64,000 bases of DNA. Source: an uncultured Spirochaetota bacterium. GTDB taxonomy: Bacteria; Spirochaetota; Spirochaetia; SZUA-6; CAVTHK01. This document shows positions 19,098 through 29,186 of this stretch, piece by piece (position 1 is the stretch's first letter; every line of letters starts with the position of its first letter). The stretch is from the NCBI GenBank assembly GCA_963734495.1, contig CAVTHK010000001.1, positions 448,001 through 512,000 of the forward strand. The letters run 5' to 3'. A program made the position numbers and the translations under genes. The notes below the pieces were generated by a model. That model worked only from the letters and a program-made list of their open reading frames with translations. It was not told the DNA's origin and searched no databases.

Positions 19098-20129
19098 TCA
19101 GCGCCGGACGCACGCCGCCGTCGATTCGCGGACGATCAGGGGGCTCTCCATCATGGTGTACTGGTCGACCTCGCTCTCCCCCGAAGTCCGGATCTGGTGC
19201 GCGAGGCGCACCGCGAGCTTCCCCATCTCCCGCTTGGGCGGCGAGATCGTGGTCAGAGGCGGGTTTGCGTGGGCCGCCATCGCGATGTCGTCGAAGCCGG
19301 TGATCGAAACGTCGTCGGGGACCCGCACGCGGTGCGCGCGGCAGGAGTGGATGGCGCCGAGGGCCACCAGGTCATTGAAGGCCACCACCGCGGTCGGCCT
19401 CTGCTCCGGCTCGAGGGCGAGGAGCGCGTTCATGTTCTGATAGCCCCACTCGACCGTGGACTCGCCGGTGAGGTAGAGCCCGGGCTCGATCGCGAGGCCC
19501 GCGTCGGCCATCGCCATGTCGATCCCGCGCTTCTTCTCCGCGGAGCTCCCCGAGCTCGCGGGACCGGAAAGGAACGCGAGCCGCGTGTGGCCGAGCTTGA
19601 GCAGGTGCCTGGTCGCCCGGTACATGGAGTCCGCGAAGTCGATCTGGATCGACGGGATGCCCGGACGGACGCTGCGGCGGTTGATCAGCACGAGGGGCAG
19701 ATGCGACCGGTCCTTGAGCGCCATGAGCTGCTCCTCGGTGATCGCGCGGTTGCCGCTGGTCACGATGACGGCCTCGGACGCGCCCCTCGCGAGCCAGCGC
19801 AGCAGCCGGCGCACGTAATCCTCCTGCGGGCTCACGAGGACGAGGTTCACCACGGCGCCGTACTGCAGCGCCTGCTCCTCGATCCCCAGCGCGATCTCGT
19901 GGAAGTAGCCGTTCATCGTGTCCGGGATGAGGACGGCGATCGCGCCCTGGTAGTGGAGCGCGGGCCGCCTGTGCTCGTAGCCGAGCGTGCGGACGGCCTG
20001 CTCCACCTGCCGGCGCAGCTCCGCGCTGATGGGAGGCACGTTGTTCAGCACCCGCGAAACCGACGAGGGCGAAACGCCCGCGGCGCGCGCCACGTCGGAA
20101 ACCGTGGGCTTCCCCGTGACTCTGTCCAT
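19098..20129 (-). CDS. LacI-family transcriptional regulator
   Basis: TVSDVARAAGVSPSSVSRVLN HTH; VPDDVSITGFDD, PPLTTI. Confidence 0.95.
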   Translation of the reverse strand: MDRVTGKPTVSDVARAAGVSPSSVSRVLNNVPPISAELRRQVEQAVRTLGYEHRRPALHYQGAIAVLIPDTMNGYFHEIALGIEEQALQYGAVVNLVLVSPQEDYVRRLLRWLARGASEAVIVTSGNRAITEEQLMALKDRSHLPLVLINRRSVRPGIPSIQIDFADSMYRATRHLLKLGHTRLAFLSGPASSGSSAEKKRGIDMAMADAGLAIEPGLYLTGESTVEWGYQNMNALLALEPEQRPTAVVAFNDLVALGAIHSCRAHRVRVPDDVSITGFDDIAMAAHANPPLTTISPPKREMGKLAVRLAHQIRTSGESEVDQYTMMESPLIVRESTAACVRR

Positions 20130-20175
20130 GCAGCCTCGAGTATAGCCAGCCGCCGCGTTCCGCCTTCAAGCCTTT

Positions 20176-21505
20176 TCATGAAAAGACCCGCGGCATTTCG
20201 CGGCGGCGTTCTACACCGGAATCGAGTCCAGGTATCGGCCCCGTGTCGCGGACCACGGCGCCCTGGGAGCGAAGCGTCTCCTGCAGGCGGCGCGACGTCG
20301 AGCCTCCGCGGCGGCACCCCGGCCCTGGCCGCAAGAGCGGCCGCCGTCCCCGCGGCCTGCCCCGCGGCCATCATGATCACCATGCCCCGAAAGGACTCGA
20401 ATGCGATGTGGTCGCCCGACATGCACCGGCCCGCCACGAGCAGGCCCTCGATCCCTCGCGGCAGCAGGCACCGGTAGGGGATGTCGTAGCCGTCGTGCTC
20501 GAGGTAGCGGCGGTAGCCGAAATACCGGAAGATGACGTTGACGCAGACCGCGATGCCGTCGTCGAACTTGCGCCCCTCCAGCACGTCTTCGCCCGTGAGC
20601 ACGTAGTCGCCGACGATGAACTTCGTCTGCCGGATCCCGAGGAGCGGCGGCGTCTCCACGACCCGGGCGCCCGCGAGCGCGGGGTACTTCGCCTGGAGAG
20701 CCGCAAAGTGACGGTAGACCCGCAGGCGCGCGTCGACTTCGCCGCGGGCGAGCTGGTCGCCGCTGCCGCCGTCGATCGGCGCGCTGGTGTACGGGCCCCA
20801 CACGACGATGTCGCCGCCGAACGCGCAGCAGGGGGGCAGCTCCCCGGTCGAGGCGCGCCCGGCGCTCTCGGGCGCGAGCTCGATGCGGTACATCAGGTTG
20901 TCGGTGCAGCTCTTCGGGTCCGCCCGGTCGGTGTCCCGGTAAGGCGCGCCCGCCCTGACCGCGACGTCCGCGTCGCCGCTGCAGTCGACGACGACGCGGG
21001 CGAGCAGCGCCTGGCGGCCGGACTTGTTCTCGACGATCACGCCCCGCACCCTGCCGTCCTCGACGATCGGCGCGGAAAACCAGGTGTGGAACAGCAGGTC
21101 GACGCCGGCGTCCACGGCCATCTTCAGCGTGACGTACTTGAGCTTTTCGGTGTCGACGTTGTAGCTGTACTCGAGCTTTCCGGGCTCGGTCGGGAAGCGC
21201 TTCTGCTGGTAGTGGCTGCCGTGCAGGCCGCCGAGCCTCTTCATCTCGAGGACGATCTCCTCCGCTATGCCTCGGATCACCTGGCGCGCGTCCGGCTCGA
21301 CCTGGTTGCGGAACCCGTTGATGCAGGCCATCAGCGAGGCGGTCGCGGTGCCGCCGAGATAAGGAAAGCGCTCCACGAGGACGGTCGCGGCCCCGTTTCG
21401 CGCGCTCGAGATCGCTGCCGCGAGCCCGGCGGGGCCTCCCCCGACGACGATCACGTCCACGTCGCGCGTCACCGGCAGCTCCTTCTCCTTTTCCAGGTAC
21501 GACAC
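20176..21505 (-). CDS. FAD-dependent oxidoreductase (PF12831-like), frameshifted near 20290
   Basis: VVGGGPAG, VDCSGDAD, IPYRCLLP, GQAAGTAAA; removing one base gives DVARLQETLRSQGA. Confidence 0.85.
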
Positions 21506-21597
21506 TTCGCCTCCTCTCGCGAGCGTTGTGCTCCCGGGGCAGTCCCGTGTCAATCGGCCCGGCGACACCCGCCGCCCGCTGCTGCTATATTTGCCGG

Positions 21598-22587
21598 ATG
21601 CTGCATCTCGCCGAGTTTCTGCCGGCCCGTCCCACCCCCCTGTGGAAGATCGTGCGCCAGTGCGGCGTCACGCACGCGGTCGGGGTCATGGATTTCGCGG
21701 CCTACCCGCCCGACGGCCCCGAGAAGCCGTGGGGGCTCCCCGCCCTCAAGGCGCTCAAGGAGGCCTGCGTCCGCGAAGGCTTCACGCTCGCGGTCCTCGA
21801 GAGCCGGCCGCCGCTGACCCGCGCCAAGCTGGGGCTTCCCGGCGGAGACGAGGAGATCGAGACCGCCTGCGAGCTGATCCGCAACATGGGCGCCCTCGGC
21901 ATCCCGGTGTGGTGCTACGAGTGGATGGCGCTCTTCAACTGGCAGCGCACGGACAAGGCGATCCCCTCGCGCGGGGGCGCGCTCGTCACCGGCTTCGACG
22001 AGACGAAATTGAAGGAAGGCCCCCCCGCCGACGCTGCGCTCGCGACCGAGGAGCGCCTGTGGCAGACCCTGGAGCGCTTTCTCCGGCGCGTCCTGCCCGT
22101 GGCGGAAAAGGCGGGCGTGAAGCTCGCGATGCATCCCGACGACCCGCCGCTTTCCCCCATCCGGGGCGTCGGGCGGATCATGCGGAGCGTCGACAACTTC
22201 CAGCGGCTGCTCGACCTCGTGCCGAGCCCCGCGAACGGCATCACGCTCTGCCAGGGCAACTTCGCGCTGATGACCGAGGACGTCCCGGCGGCGATCCGGC
22301 GCTTCGGCCGGCAGGGAAAGATCTTCTTCGTGCACCTCCGCGACGTGCGGGGCACGGTCCGGCGCTTCGAGGAGACCTTCCACGACGACGGCCAGACCGA
22401 CATGCTCGAGTGCATGCGGGCTTACCGGGAGATCGGCTTCGACGGCGTCGCCCGTCCGGACCACGTGCCGACCATGGAGGGCGAGGACAACCAGAGCCCC
22501 GGCTACCAGGCGCTCGGGAGGCTGTTCGCGATCGGCTACCTGAGGGGCCTGCACCACGCGGTCTACGGCAAGGAGCAGCGGCGATGA
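21598..22587 (+). CDS. uxuA: Mannonate dehydratase
   Basis: VWCYEWM, AMHPDDPP, ITLCQG, FVHLRDV, FHDDG, RPDHVP, GRLFAIGYL. Confidence 0.9.
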   Translation: MLHLAEFLPARPTPLWKIVRQCGVTHAVGVMDFAAYPPDGPEKPWGLPALKALKEACVREGFTLAVLESRPPLTRAKLGLPGGDEEIETACELIRNMGALGIPVWCYEWMALFNWQRTDKAIPSRGGALVTGFDETKLKEGPPADAALATEERLWQTLERFLRRVLPVAEKAGVKLAMHPDDPPLSPIRGVGRIMRSVDNFQRLLDLVPSPANGITLCQGNFALMTEDVPAAIRRFGRQGKIFFVHLRDVRGTVRRFEETFHDDGQTDMLECMRAYREIGFDGVARPDHVPTMEGEDNQSPGYQALGRLFAIGYLRGLHHAVYGKEQRR

Positions 22588-23604
22588 AGGTCCTGGTCAC
22601 GGGCGGGACGGGCGACGTGGGCCGCGCCGTCGTCGAGCGCCTCGTGCGCTCGGGGCACGACGTGCGGGTGATCGGCCGCAGGGCGGGCCTCGCGATCCAG
22701 GGCGCCGACTACCGCAGCTGCGACGTGCGGGACTACGCCGGGCTGCGCGAGCAGGCGAGGGGAAGGGACGCGATCGTTCACCTCGCCGCGGTCCGCGGGC
22801 CTTCGCTCGCGACCTCCGAGGCGATCTTCGACGCCAACTGCGCCGGGGCCTTCAACGTCTACCAGGCGGCCGCGGTAGAGGGGATCCGCAGGGTGGTGAG
22901 CGCCAGCTCCATCAACGCGCTCGGCTACTTCTTCGGGACCTCGCGCTTCGAGCTGGAGTACCTCCCCGTCGACGAGGGCGCACCCGGTCTGCGCGACCGA
23001 CCCCTACTCCTTCTCCAAGCAGGTCCTCGAGAAGATCGCCGACTACTACTGGCGCCGCGACGGCATCTCGGGCACCTGCCTGCGCCTGCCCTGGGTGTAC
23101 GAGCTCACCGAGGAGCGGGTCACAACGTTCCGCGAGCGCTACCGCTGGGCCGCGGACTGGGCGCCGCGCCTGCTTGCGCTCGGGCCGGCGGAGCAGCGGG
23201 CCTGGATCGACGACCTGCGGGGAAAGATCGACCGCTTCCGCGCCGCACGCTGGATGGAGCGCCGCGAGGAGCACGCCCGGATCCTGGGCGAGGAGGAGTG
23301 GCGCTTCTACTCCGGCTTCCACAACTTCTGGACGACCCTCGATGCCCGCGATTCGGCCCAGGCCATCGAAAAGTCCCTCGTCACCGAATACGACGGCAGC
23401 CACCCTCTTTTCGTCAATGACTCGCTGAACACCGTCGGGGTGCCGAGCCGGGACCTGGCGCGCCTCTTCTTCCCTGAGGTCAGGCGCCTCGGAGCGCTCG
23501 AGGGCGAGGCCAGCCTGGTCTCGATCGACCTGGCCCGGACGCTCATCGGCTTCGAGCCCGAGCACTCGATGGCGGTCGTAGCGGGGCACAAACCCGCGGC
23601 GTGA
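22584..23604 (+). CDS. NAD-dependent epimerase/dehydratase, frameshifted near 22977
   Basis: MKVLVTGGTG, VHLAA, SASSIN; removing one G gives VDEAHPVCATDPYSFSK (YxxxK). Confidence 0.85.
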
Positions 23605-23687
23605 CCAGGGCGCGGCCGCCCGGATCGCCCGAACATTCACCCTCCGCGCCAGAAGCCCCCATCAGGGCCGCGTTAGTACATTTGCCC

Positions 23688-24428
23688 ATGATCCCGCAGG
23701 AGGAAGTGGTGAGTGCACAGCTCGACCTCACCGAGAGAGGGCGCGGCCCCGACGGCCAGGCCGTGTCGCTCGACCGGAGGCTCTACATGGAGCTGCTGGC
23801 CTTTGGCGGCTCGAGGGACGTCGGCTCGCTGGCCGCGGCGCTCGAGGCGTCGGGGCTCGAGGGCGTGCTGTACGAGGACGTGCACGACCCGAGGGGCGTC
23901 GGGCTGCTCCTTTTCGCCGAGGACCCGGACGCCCTGGTCTCGGCGAGGGAATTCCTCAACCGGCCTCCCTTTGGCGACCTCGAGCTCAAGCCCGAGCTCG
24001 CGATGCTGGGGCGCACGTACGCCGTGGGCTACGAGCGGGACCTCGAGACCGTGCTGCTTCGCAGGCCGCGGCAGAGGGCGTGCTCCCAGCCGTGGGCCGT
24101 GTGGTACCCGCTGCGCCGCTCGGGCACCTTCGAGCAGCTCACCGAGGAGGAGCGGCACGACGTCCTGATGGAGCACGGGCAGACCGGCCGCATGTTCGGC
24201 GAGGCGGACCGGGCTCACGATATCCGCCTGGCCTGCCACGGCCTCGACCGCAACGACAACGACTTCGTCATCGGGCTGGTGGGCCGCGAGCTGCACCCGC
24301 TTTCGATGGTCGTGCAGCGCATGAGGAGCACGCGCCAGACTTCGTCCTACCTCGCGCGTCTCGGGCCGTTCTTCGTGGGCCGCAACGTGTGGAGCCGGAT
24401 GGGTCAGCCCGAGGAGCACCCCCAGTGA
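23688..24428 (+). CDS. hemQ: Chlorite dismutase-superfamily protein, probable coproheme decarboxylase (ChdC)
   Basis: WYPLRR, EEERHDVLMEHG (proximal His), GLDRNDNDF, GPFFVG; first gene of the heme operon. Confidence 0.75.
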   Translation: MIPQEEVVSAQLDLTERGRGPDGQAVSLDRRLYMELLAFGGSRDVGSLAAALEASGLEGVLYEDVHDPRGVGLLLFAEDPDALVSAREFLNRPPFGDLELKPELAMLGRTYAVGYERDLETVLLRRPRQRACSQPWAVWYPLRRSGTFEQLTEEERHDVLMEHGQTGRMFGEADRAHDIRLACHGLDRNDNDFVIGLVGRELHPLSMVVQRMRSTRQTSSYLARLGPFFVGRNVWSRMGQPEEHPQ

Positions 24429-25501
24429 AGGACTCGCCCCTGCTCCGCGCCTGCCGCGGAGAGCCCGCGGATCACACCCCCGTGTGGTTCATGCGGCAGG
24501 CGGGCCGGTACCTGCCCGCCTACCGCGCCCTGCGCGAGCGGCATTCCATGATGGAGATGATCGACTCGCCCGAGCTCGCCGCCGAGGCGACGCTCCTGCC
24601 CTTCGGCGAGATCGCCTTTGACGCCGCGATCATCTTTGCCGACATCCTGCCGCCGCTCCGCGGGATGGGCCTCGAGATCTCCTTTGAAGGCGAGGGAGGC
24701 CCGAGGATCGGCAACCCGCTGCGGTCGAGCCGCGACATCGACCTGCTCGCGGCGCCGCCGGCCGAAGAGACGGTAGGCGCCACCCTGGCCGCGATCCGGC
24801 TGGCCGCCGCGGAGCTCGGGCCGCGCGGCGTGCCGCTCATCGGCTTTGCCGGCGCGCCGTTCACCCTCGCGAGCTACGCGGTCGAGGGCGGAGGCTCGCG
24901 CACGTACGAGCGCGTCAAGACGCTGATGTACCGCGAGCCCGCCGCGTGGAAGCGCCTCATGACCAGGCTGGTCACGGTGCAGGCGGACTCGCTCGTCGCA
25001 CAGGCGGAAGCGGGCGCCTCGGCGCTGCAGGTCTTCGACTCGTGGGTCGGCCTCGCGCTCGGGCCGGCGGACTACGAGCGCTGCGTCGCGCCGTACAACC
25101 GCCTGCTCTTCGAGAAGGTCGGCCGCGCGGGAGTCCCGGTGATCAGCTTCAGCACGGGCACGGCCGGCTATCTCCGGGAGGTGGCGGCCTGCGGGGGCGA
25201 CGTCGTGTCCGTGGACTGGCGCGTAACCCTCGACCGCGCGCGCGATCTCATCGGCGGGCGCCCGGTGCAGGGCAATCTCGACCCGACGGCGCTGCTGGCG
25301 CCCTGGAGAGAGCTGCGGAGCAGGATCGACGACGTCCTCGACCGCGCGGCCGGGGCGCCGGGCCACGTGTTCAACCTCGGCCACGGCGTGCTTCCGGGTA
25401 CGCCGGTCGACAACGTGCGCAGGGCCGTCGATTACGTGCACGAGCGCACGGCCGCGGAGCGCGAGGTGCACGAAGCGGGCGAAGCGGCGCGCAGCGCGTG
25501 A
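24425..25501 (+). CDS. hemE: Uroporphyrinogen decarboxylase
   Basis: PVWFMRQAGRYLP, IIFADIL, GFAGAPFTLASY, QVFDSW, NLGHG. Confidence 0.96.
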   Translation: MKDSPLLRACRGEPADHTPVWFMRQAGRYLPAYRALRERHSMMEMIDSPELAAEATLLPFGEIAFDAAIIFADILPPLRGMGLEISFEGEGGPRIGNPLRSSRDIDLLAAPPAEETVGATLAAIRLAAAELGPRGVPLIGFAGAPFTLASYAVEGGGSRTYERVKTLMYREPAAWKRLMTRLVTVQADSLVAQAEAGASALQVFDSWVGLALGPADYERCVAPYNRLLFEKVGRAGVPVISFSTGTAGYLREVAACGGDVVSVDWRVTLDRARDLIGGRPVQGNLDPTALLAPWRELRSRIDDVLDRAAGAPGHVFNLGHGVLPGTPVDNVRRAVDYVHERTAAEREVHEAGEAARSA

Positions 25502-25555
25502 CCGCGGCCGCCCGCAGGGGCAGGCGCGACCGCGAAACAGGAGACCGAGGCGAAC

Positions 25556-26509
25556 GTGGACCTTCATCACCCTATTGGCGTTCTGTTCATGGCGTACGGC
25601 GGCCCCGACTCGCTCGAGGAGGTGCCGGGCTACCTCGCCGACATCCGCTCCGGGCGGCCGACGCCCGCGCGGGTCACGGCCGAGATCCGGCGCAACTACG
25701 AGCGCATCGGCGGCCGCTCGCCGCTGCGGGAGCTGAGCGAGCGGCAGGTGGCCGCGGTGGCGCGGAGGCTGGACGCGGCGGCGTACCGCTGCTATCTCGG
25801 GATGCGGCACTGGTCCCCATGGATCGAGGAGGTGGTCGGCCGCATGGTGGGCGACGGGATCACGCGCGCGGTCAGCGTCGTGCTCGCGCCCCACTACAGC
25901 GCGATGAGCGTGGGCCGCTACGAGGCGAAGATCGCCGACGGGCTGGCCATGTACGGCGGCGAGATGGAGATCGCGGGGGTGAGGAGCTATCACGACCACC
26001 CCTTGTATATCGAGGCCCTCGCGGCCACGGTCGCCGAAGGGCTCGAGCGCTGGCCTGCCCCGGAGCGGCAGGCGGTGCACGTGGTCTTCAGCGCCCACAG
26101 CCTCCCCGCCCGCATCGTCGCCGAGGGCGACCCCTACGACGGACAGGTGCGGGAAACGGCGCGCCTCGTCGCGGAGAGGTGCGGCCTCGAGCCTTCGCGC
26201 TGGTCCTGGAGCTACCAGTCGGCGGGAAAGAGCCCTGAGCCCTGGCTCGGGCCGCAGCTCGAGGACTACATTCCCGAGCTGGCAGGCCGGGGAATCCGCA
26301 GCGTGCTCAGCGTGCCGGTGGGGTTCGTCTCCGAGCACGTCGAGGTCCTCTATGACATCGACATCGAGGCGAAGCAGGCCGCCGCCGGCTGCGGCGTGCG
26401 TCTGGAGCGGGCCCGCGCCCTGAACGACGATCCGCTGTTCGTCGAGACGCTGGCGGATGTCGTGCGGGCCGCGGCCGCGCCGTGGCTCTCCGCGGAGGCG
26501 GCGGCGTGA
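25556..26509 (+). CDS. hemH: Ferrochelatase (probably coproporphyrin ferrochelatase, CpfC)
   Basis: MAYGGP, IGGRSP, GMRHWSP, FSAHSLP, YQS, WLGP, GFVSEHVEVLYDID. Confidence 0.95.
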   Translation: MDLHHPIGVLFMAYGGPDSLEEVPGYLADIRSGRPTPARVTAEIRRNYERIGGRSPLRELSERQVAAVARRLDAAAYRCYLGMRHWSPWIEEVVGRMVGDGITRAVSVVLAPHYSAMSVGRYEAKIADGLAMYGGEMEIAGVRSYHDHPLYIEALAATVAEGLERWPAPERQAVHVVFSAHSLPARIVAEGDPYDGQVRETARLVAERCGLEPSRWSWSYQSAGKSPEPWLGPQLEDYIPELAGRGIRSVLSVPVGFVSEHVEVLYDIDIEAKQAAAGCGVRLERARALNDDPLFVETLADVVRAAAAPWLSAEAAA

Positions 26510-27945
26510 GCCGGGGCGGCACGAGCGGCGGGGGTGCCGCCGACGTCGTCATCGTCGGCGGGGGCGCGGCCGGCCTCGCCGCGGCGCTGCGCCTGCGCCG
26601 GGCCGCGCCCGGGGCGCGGGTCGTCCTCGTCGAGCGCGAGCCCCGGCTCGGCGGGAAGATCGTCACCGAGCGCGACGCGGGCTTCGTCGTGGAGGGAGGG
26701 CCGGACTCGTTCCTGTCGCGCAAGCCGAGAGGCCCGGGCCTCTGCCGCGAGCTGGGGATCGCGGGCAGGCTGATCGGCAGGCGCGAGGAGCACCGCGGCA
26801 GCTCGGTGCTGCACGAGGGCAGGCTTCTCCCGCTGCCCGAGGGGCTTTCGGGGGTGGTGCCCACGGACCTGGAGGCTCTCTCGCGCACGGGCCTGCTCTC
26901 GGACGAGGGCAGGCTGCGGATCGCGGCCGAGCCCGAGGTCCCGGCTCTGGCCGGGGCGGACGACGAGAGCCTCGCCTCGTTCTTTACGCGCAGGCTCGGG
27001 CGCGAGGCCTGGGAAAGGCTGGTCGAGCCGCTCGTCACCGGCATCTACGGAGGCTCAGGCGACGGCACGAGCCTCGCCGCGACTTTTCCCTGGCTGCGCG
27101 AGATGGAGCGCGCGCACGGGAGCCTGCTCCGGGGGCTCGGGGCGGCGGCCCCGCCCGCCACGGCGGCGCAGGCCGGGGCCCTTCCCGCGTTCGTCAGCTT
27201 CCCGCGCGGCATGGCCGAGATCGTCGAGGCGGCGGAGCGCGGCCTCGCGGGATGCGAGCTGCTGCGCGGCAGCGCCGCGGTCGCGCTCGAGCGCCGGCCG
27301 GGCGGCTTTGCGATCGAGCTCGCGAGCAGCGAGCGCATCGAGGTCCGCTGCGTCCTCCTCGCGATTCCGGCGCCCGCAGCCGCGGAGTTGCTCGAGCCCC
27401 TCGACGCCGAGCTCGCGTCGCTGCTTTCGGAAATCCGCTACAGCTCCTCCGCTGTCGTCAGCCTGGCGTTCGACGAGCGCTCGTTCCCCGCTTCGGGGTC
27501 CGGCTACCTCGTGCCGCGCGCCGCGGGGACCCGGGTCATGGCCTGCACGTTCGCGTCCAGCAAGTGGCCGGGCCGGGCGCCCGCGGGCAGCGCTCTCTGC
27601 CGCGTGTTCGTCGGCGACGACGGTGGCGACCGCGGCGTCGGCGACCTCGTGCCGGAAGCGCGCGAAGAGCTGCGGCGCACCCTCGCCGTGACCGCCGCGC
27701 CGCTGCGGGCCTGGGTGCACCGGTGGCCCCACGCGCTTCCGCAATACCGCGTAGGCCATCTCGAGCGCGTGGCCCTCATCGAGGAGCGGCTCCCGCGGCT
27801 CGGGGGCCTGTTCCTCGCCGGCGCCTCGTACCGCGGCCTCGGCGTGCCGGACTGCATCCTCTCCGGCGAGCAGGCCGCGGATCGGGCCGCTTCCGCGCTG
27901 CGCGAGGAGCTGCCCGTCGCCGCCGGCGGGGAGGCCGCGTCGTGA
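26506..27945 (+). CDS. hemY: Protoporphyrinogen/coproporphyrinogen oxidase HemY (CgoX)
   Basis: GGGAAGL, LGGKI, EGGPDSF, EPLVTGIYG, PQYRVGH, GVPDCI. Confidence 0.93.
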   Translation: MSRGGTSGGGAADVVIVGGGAAGLAAALRLRRAAPGARVVLVEREPRLGGKIVTERDAGFVVEGGPDSFLSRKPRGPGLCRELGIAGRLIGRREEHRGSSVLHEGRLLPLPEGLSGVVPTDLEALSRTGLLSDEGRLRIAAEPEVPALAGADDESLASFFTRRLGREAWERLVEPLVTGIYGGSGDGTSLAATFPWLREMERAHGSLLRGLGAAAPPATAAQAGALPAFVSFPRGMAEIVEAAERGLAGCELLRGSAAVALERRPGGFAIELASSERIEVRCVLLAIPAPAAAELLEPLDAELASLLSEIRYSSSAVVSLAFDERSFPASGSGYLVPRAAGTRVMACTFASSKWPGRAPAGSALCRVFVGDDGGDRGVGDLVPEAREELRRTLAVTAAPLRAWVHRWPHALPQYRVGHLERVALIEERLPRLGGLFLAGASYRGLGVPDCILSGEQAADRAASALREELPVAAGGEAAS

Positions 27946-29186
27946 TCACGGTGGTCGGCATCAATCACCGCTCCGCCCGCCTCGCCCTGAGGGAGGCGCT
28001 GGCCTTGGACCCCCTGCAGTCCCTCGCCTTCCTCGCCGAAGCGAGAGCCGCGGGCCTGCTCGAGGAGGGGGTCGTGGTCTCGACGTGCAACCGCACGGAG
28101 GTCTACGGTACGCGCGTGGCCGATGCCGGGCCGCTGATCGCCGCGCTCGCCCGCTTCAAGGGCCGCGAGGTCGACGCGAGCTTCTTCTACGTCCATCGCC
28201 AGAGAGACGCCGTGCGGCACCTGTTCCGCGTGGCGTCGGGCCTCGACTCGATGGTGCTCGGCGAGAACGAGATCCTCGGCCAGGTGCGGACGGCCTACAG
28301 GCTCAGCCTCGAAGCGGGCCACGCGGCCGCCGTGCTCGACCGTCTCTTTTCGGGCGCGCTCGAAACGGGCAAGAAGGTGCGGGCGGAGACGAGCATCAAC
28401 CGCGGCGCCTCTTCGGTGAGCCAGGCGGCCGTCGAGCTGTGCAGCCGCGAGTTCCCGGACCTGGCCGCGCGGCCGGTGCTCCTGGTCGGCGCGGGCGAGA
28501 ACGGGCGCCTGGTGCTGCAGAGCCTGGCGAAGCGCGGGAACCGGCGGATCCTCGTCGCCAACCGCACGCGCGGAAGGGCCGAGGATCTCGCCTCCGGGTT
28601 CGCGGCCCGGGTCGTGTCGATGGGCGAGCTCGACCGGGCGCTGGAGGAGTGCGACGTCGTTCTCGCATCGACCTCCTCGCCCGTGCCCCTGGTCGCCGCC
28701 GACGCGGTCGAGCGGGCGCTCGAGCGCCGCGGCGGCAGGCCCCTGCTGCTGATCGACCTCTCGGTACCGCGCAACGTCGAGCGGCGGGTGGGCTCGCTCG
28801 CGGGCGTGCGGCTGCTCGACATGGACGACCTGCAGGCCCACGTGCGCGAGGGCCAGGCGGGACGCAGGGGCGAAGCGCGCAAGGCCGAGCGCCTGGTCGA
28901 TGAGGGAACCGACGCGTTCATGCGCCGCATGGAGACCTTCGACCTCAAGCCTCTGATCGGGGAGCTGCGCGGGCGCCTCGAGCGCGCCCGGGATGCCGAG
29001 GTCGCGGCCTTCCGCCCCGCGGGGGACGCGGCGGACCCCGCCGATCTCAGCCGCCTCGCCGAGGGCGTGAACCGGCGCATCCTCGGTCTCGTGATCAGGA
29101 ACATCCGCCGCATGGCCGAAGAGGGCCGCTGGGAGGGCGCGGAGTCCGTCGTGCGCGAGCTCTTCGACCTGGAGAATCCCTCATGA
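27942..29186 (+). CDS. hemA: Glutamyl-tRNA reductase
   Basis: GINHRSA, STCNRTE, GLDSMVLGENEILGQV, GAGE, DLSVPRN. Confidence 0.96.
   Translation: MITVVGINHRSARLALREALALDPLQSLAFLAEARAAGLLEEGVVVSTCNRTEVYGTRVADAGPLIAALARFKGREVDASFFYVHRQRDAVRHLFRVASGLDSMVLGENEILGQVRTAYRLSLEAGHAAAVLDRLFSGALETGKKVRAETSINRGASSVSQAAVELCSREFPDLAARPVLLVGAGENGRLVLQSLAKRGNRRILVANRTRGRAEDLASGFAARVVSMGELDRALEECDVVLASTSSPVPLVAADAVERALERRGGRPLLLIDLSVPRNVERRVGSLAGVRLLDMDDLQAHVREGQAGRRGEARKAERLVDEGTDAFMRRMETFDLKPLIGELRGRLERARDAEVAAFRPAGDAADPADLSRLAEGVNRRILGLVIRNIRRMAEEGRWEGAESVVRELFDLENPS

Noticed and set aside
23688-24428. Chlorite dismutase / perchlorate respiration
   Set aside because: No signal peptide, the distal Arg appears absent, it sits in a heme operon, and there are no pcr genes
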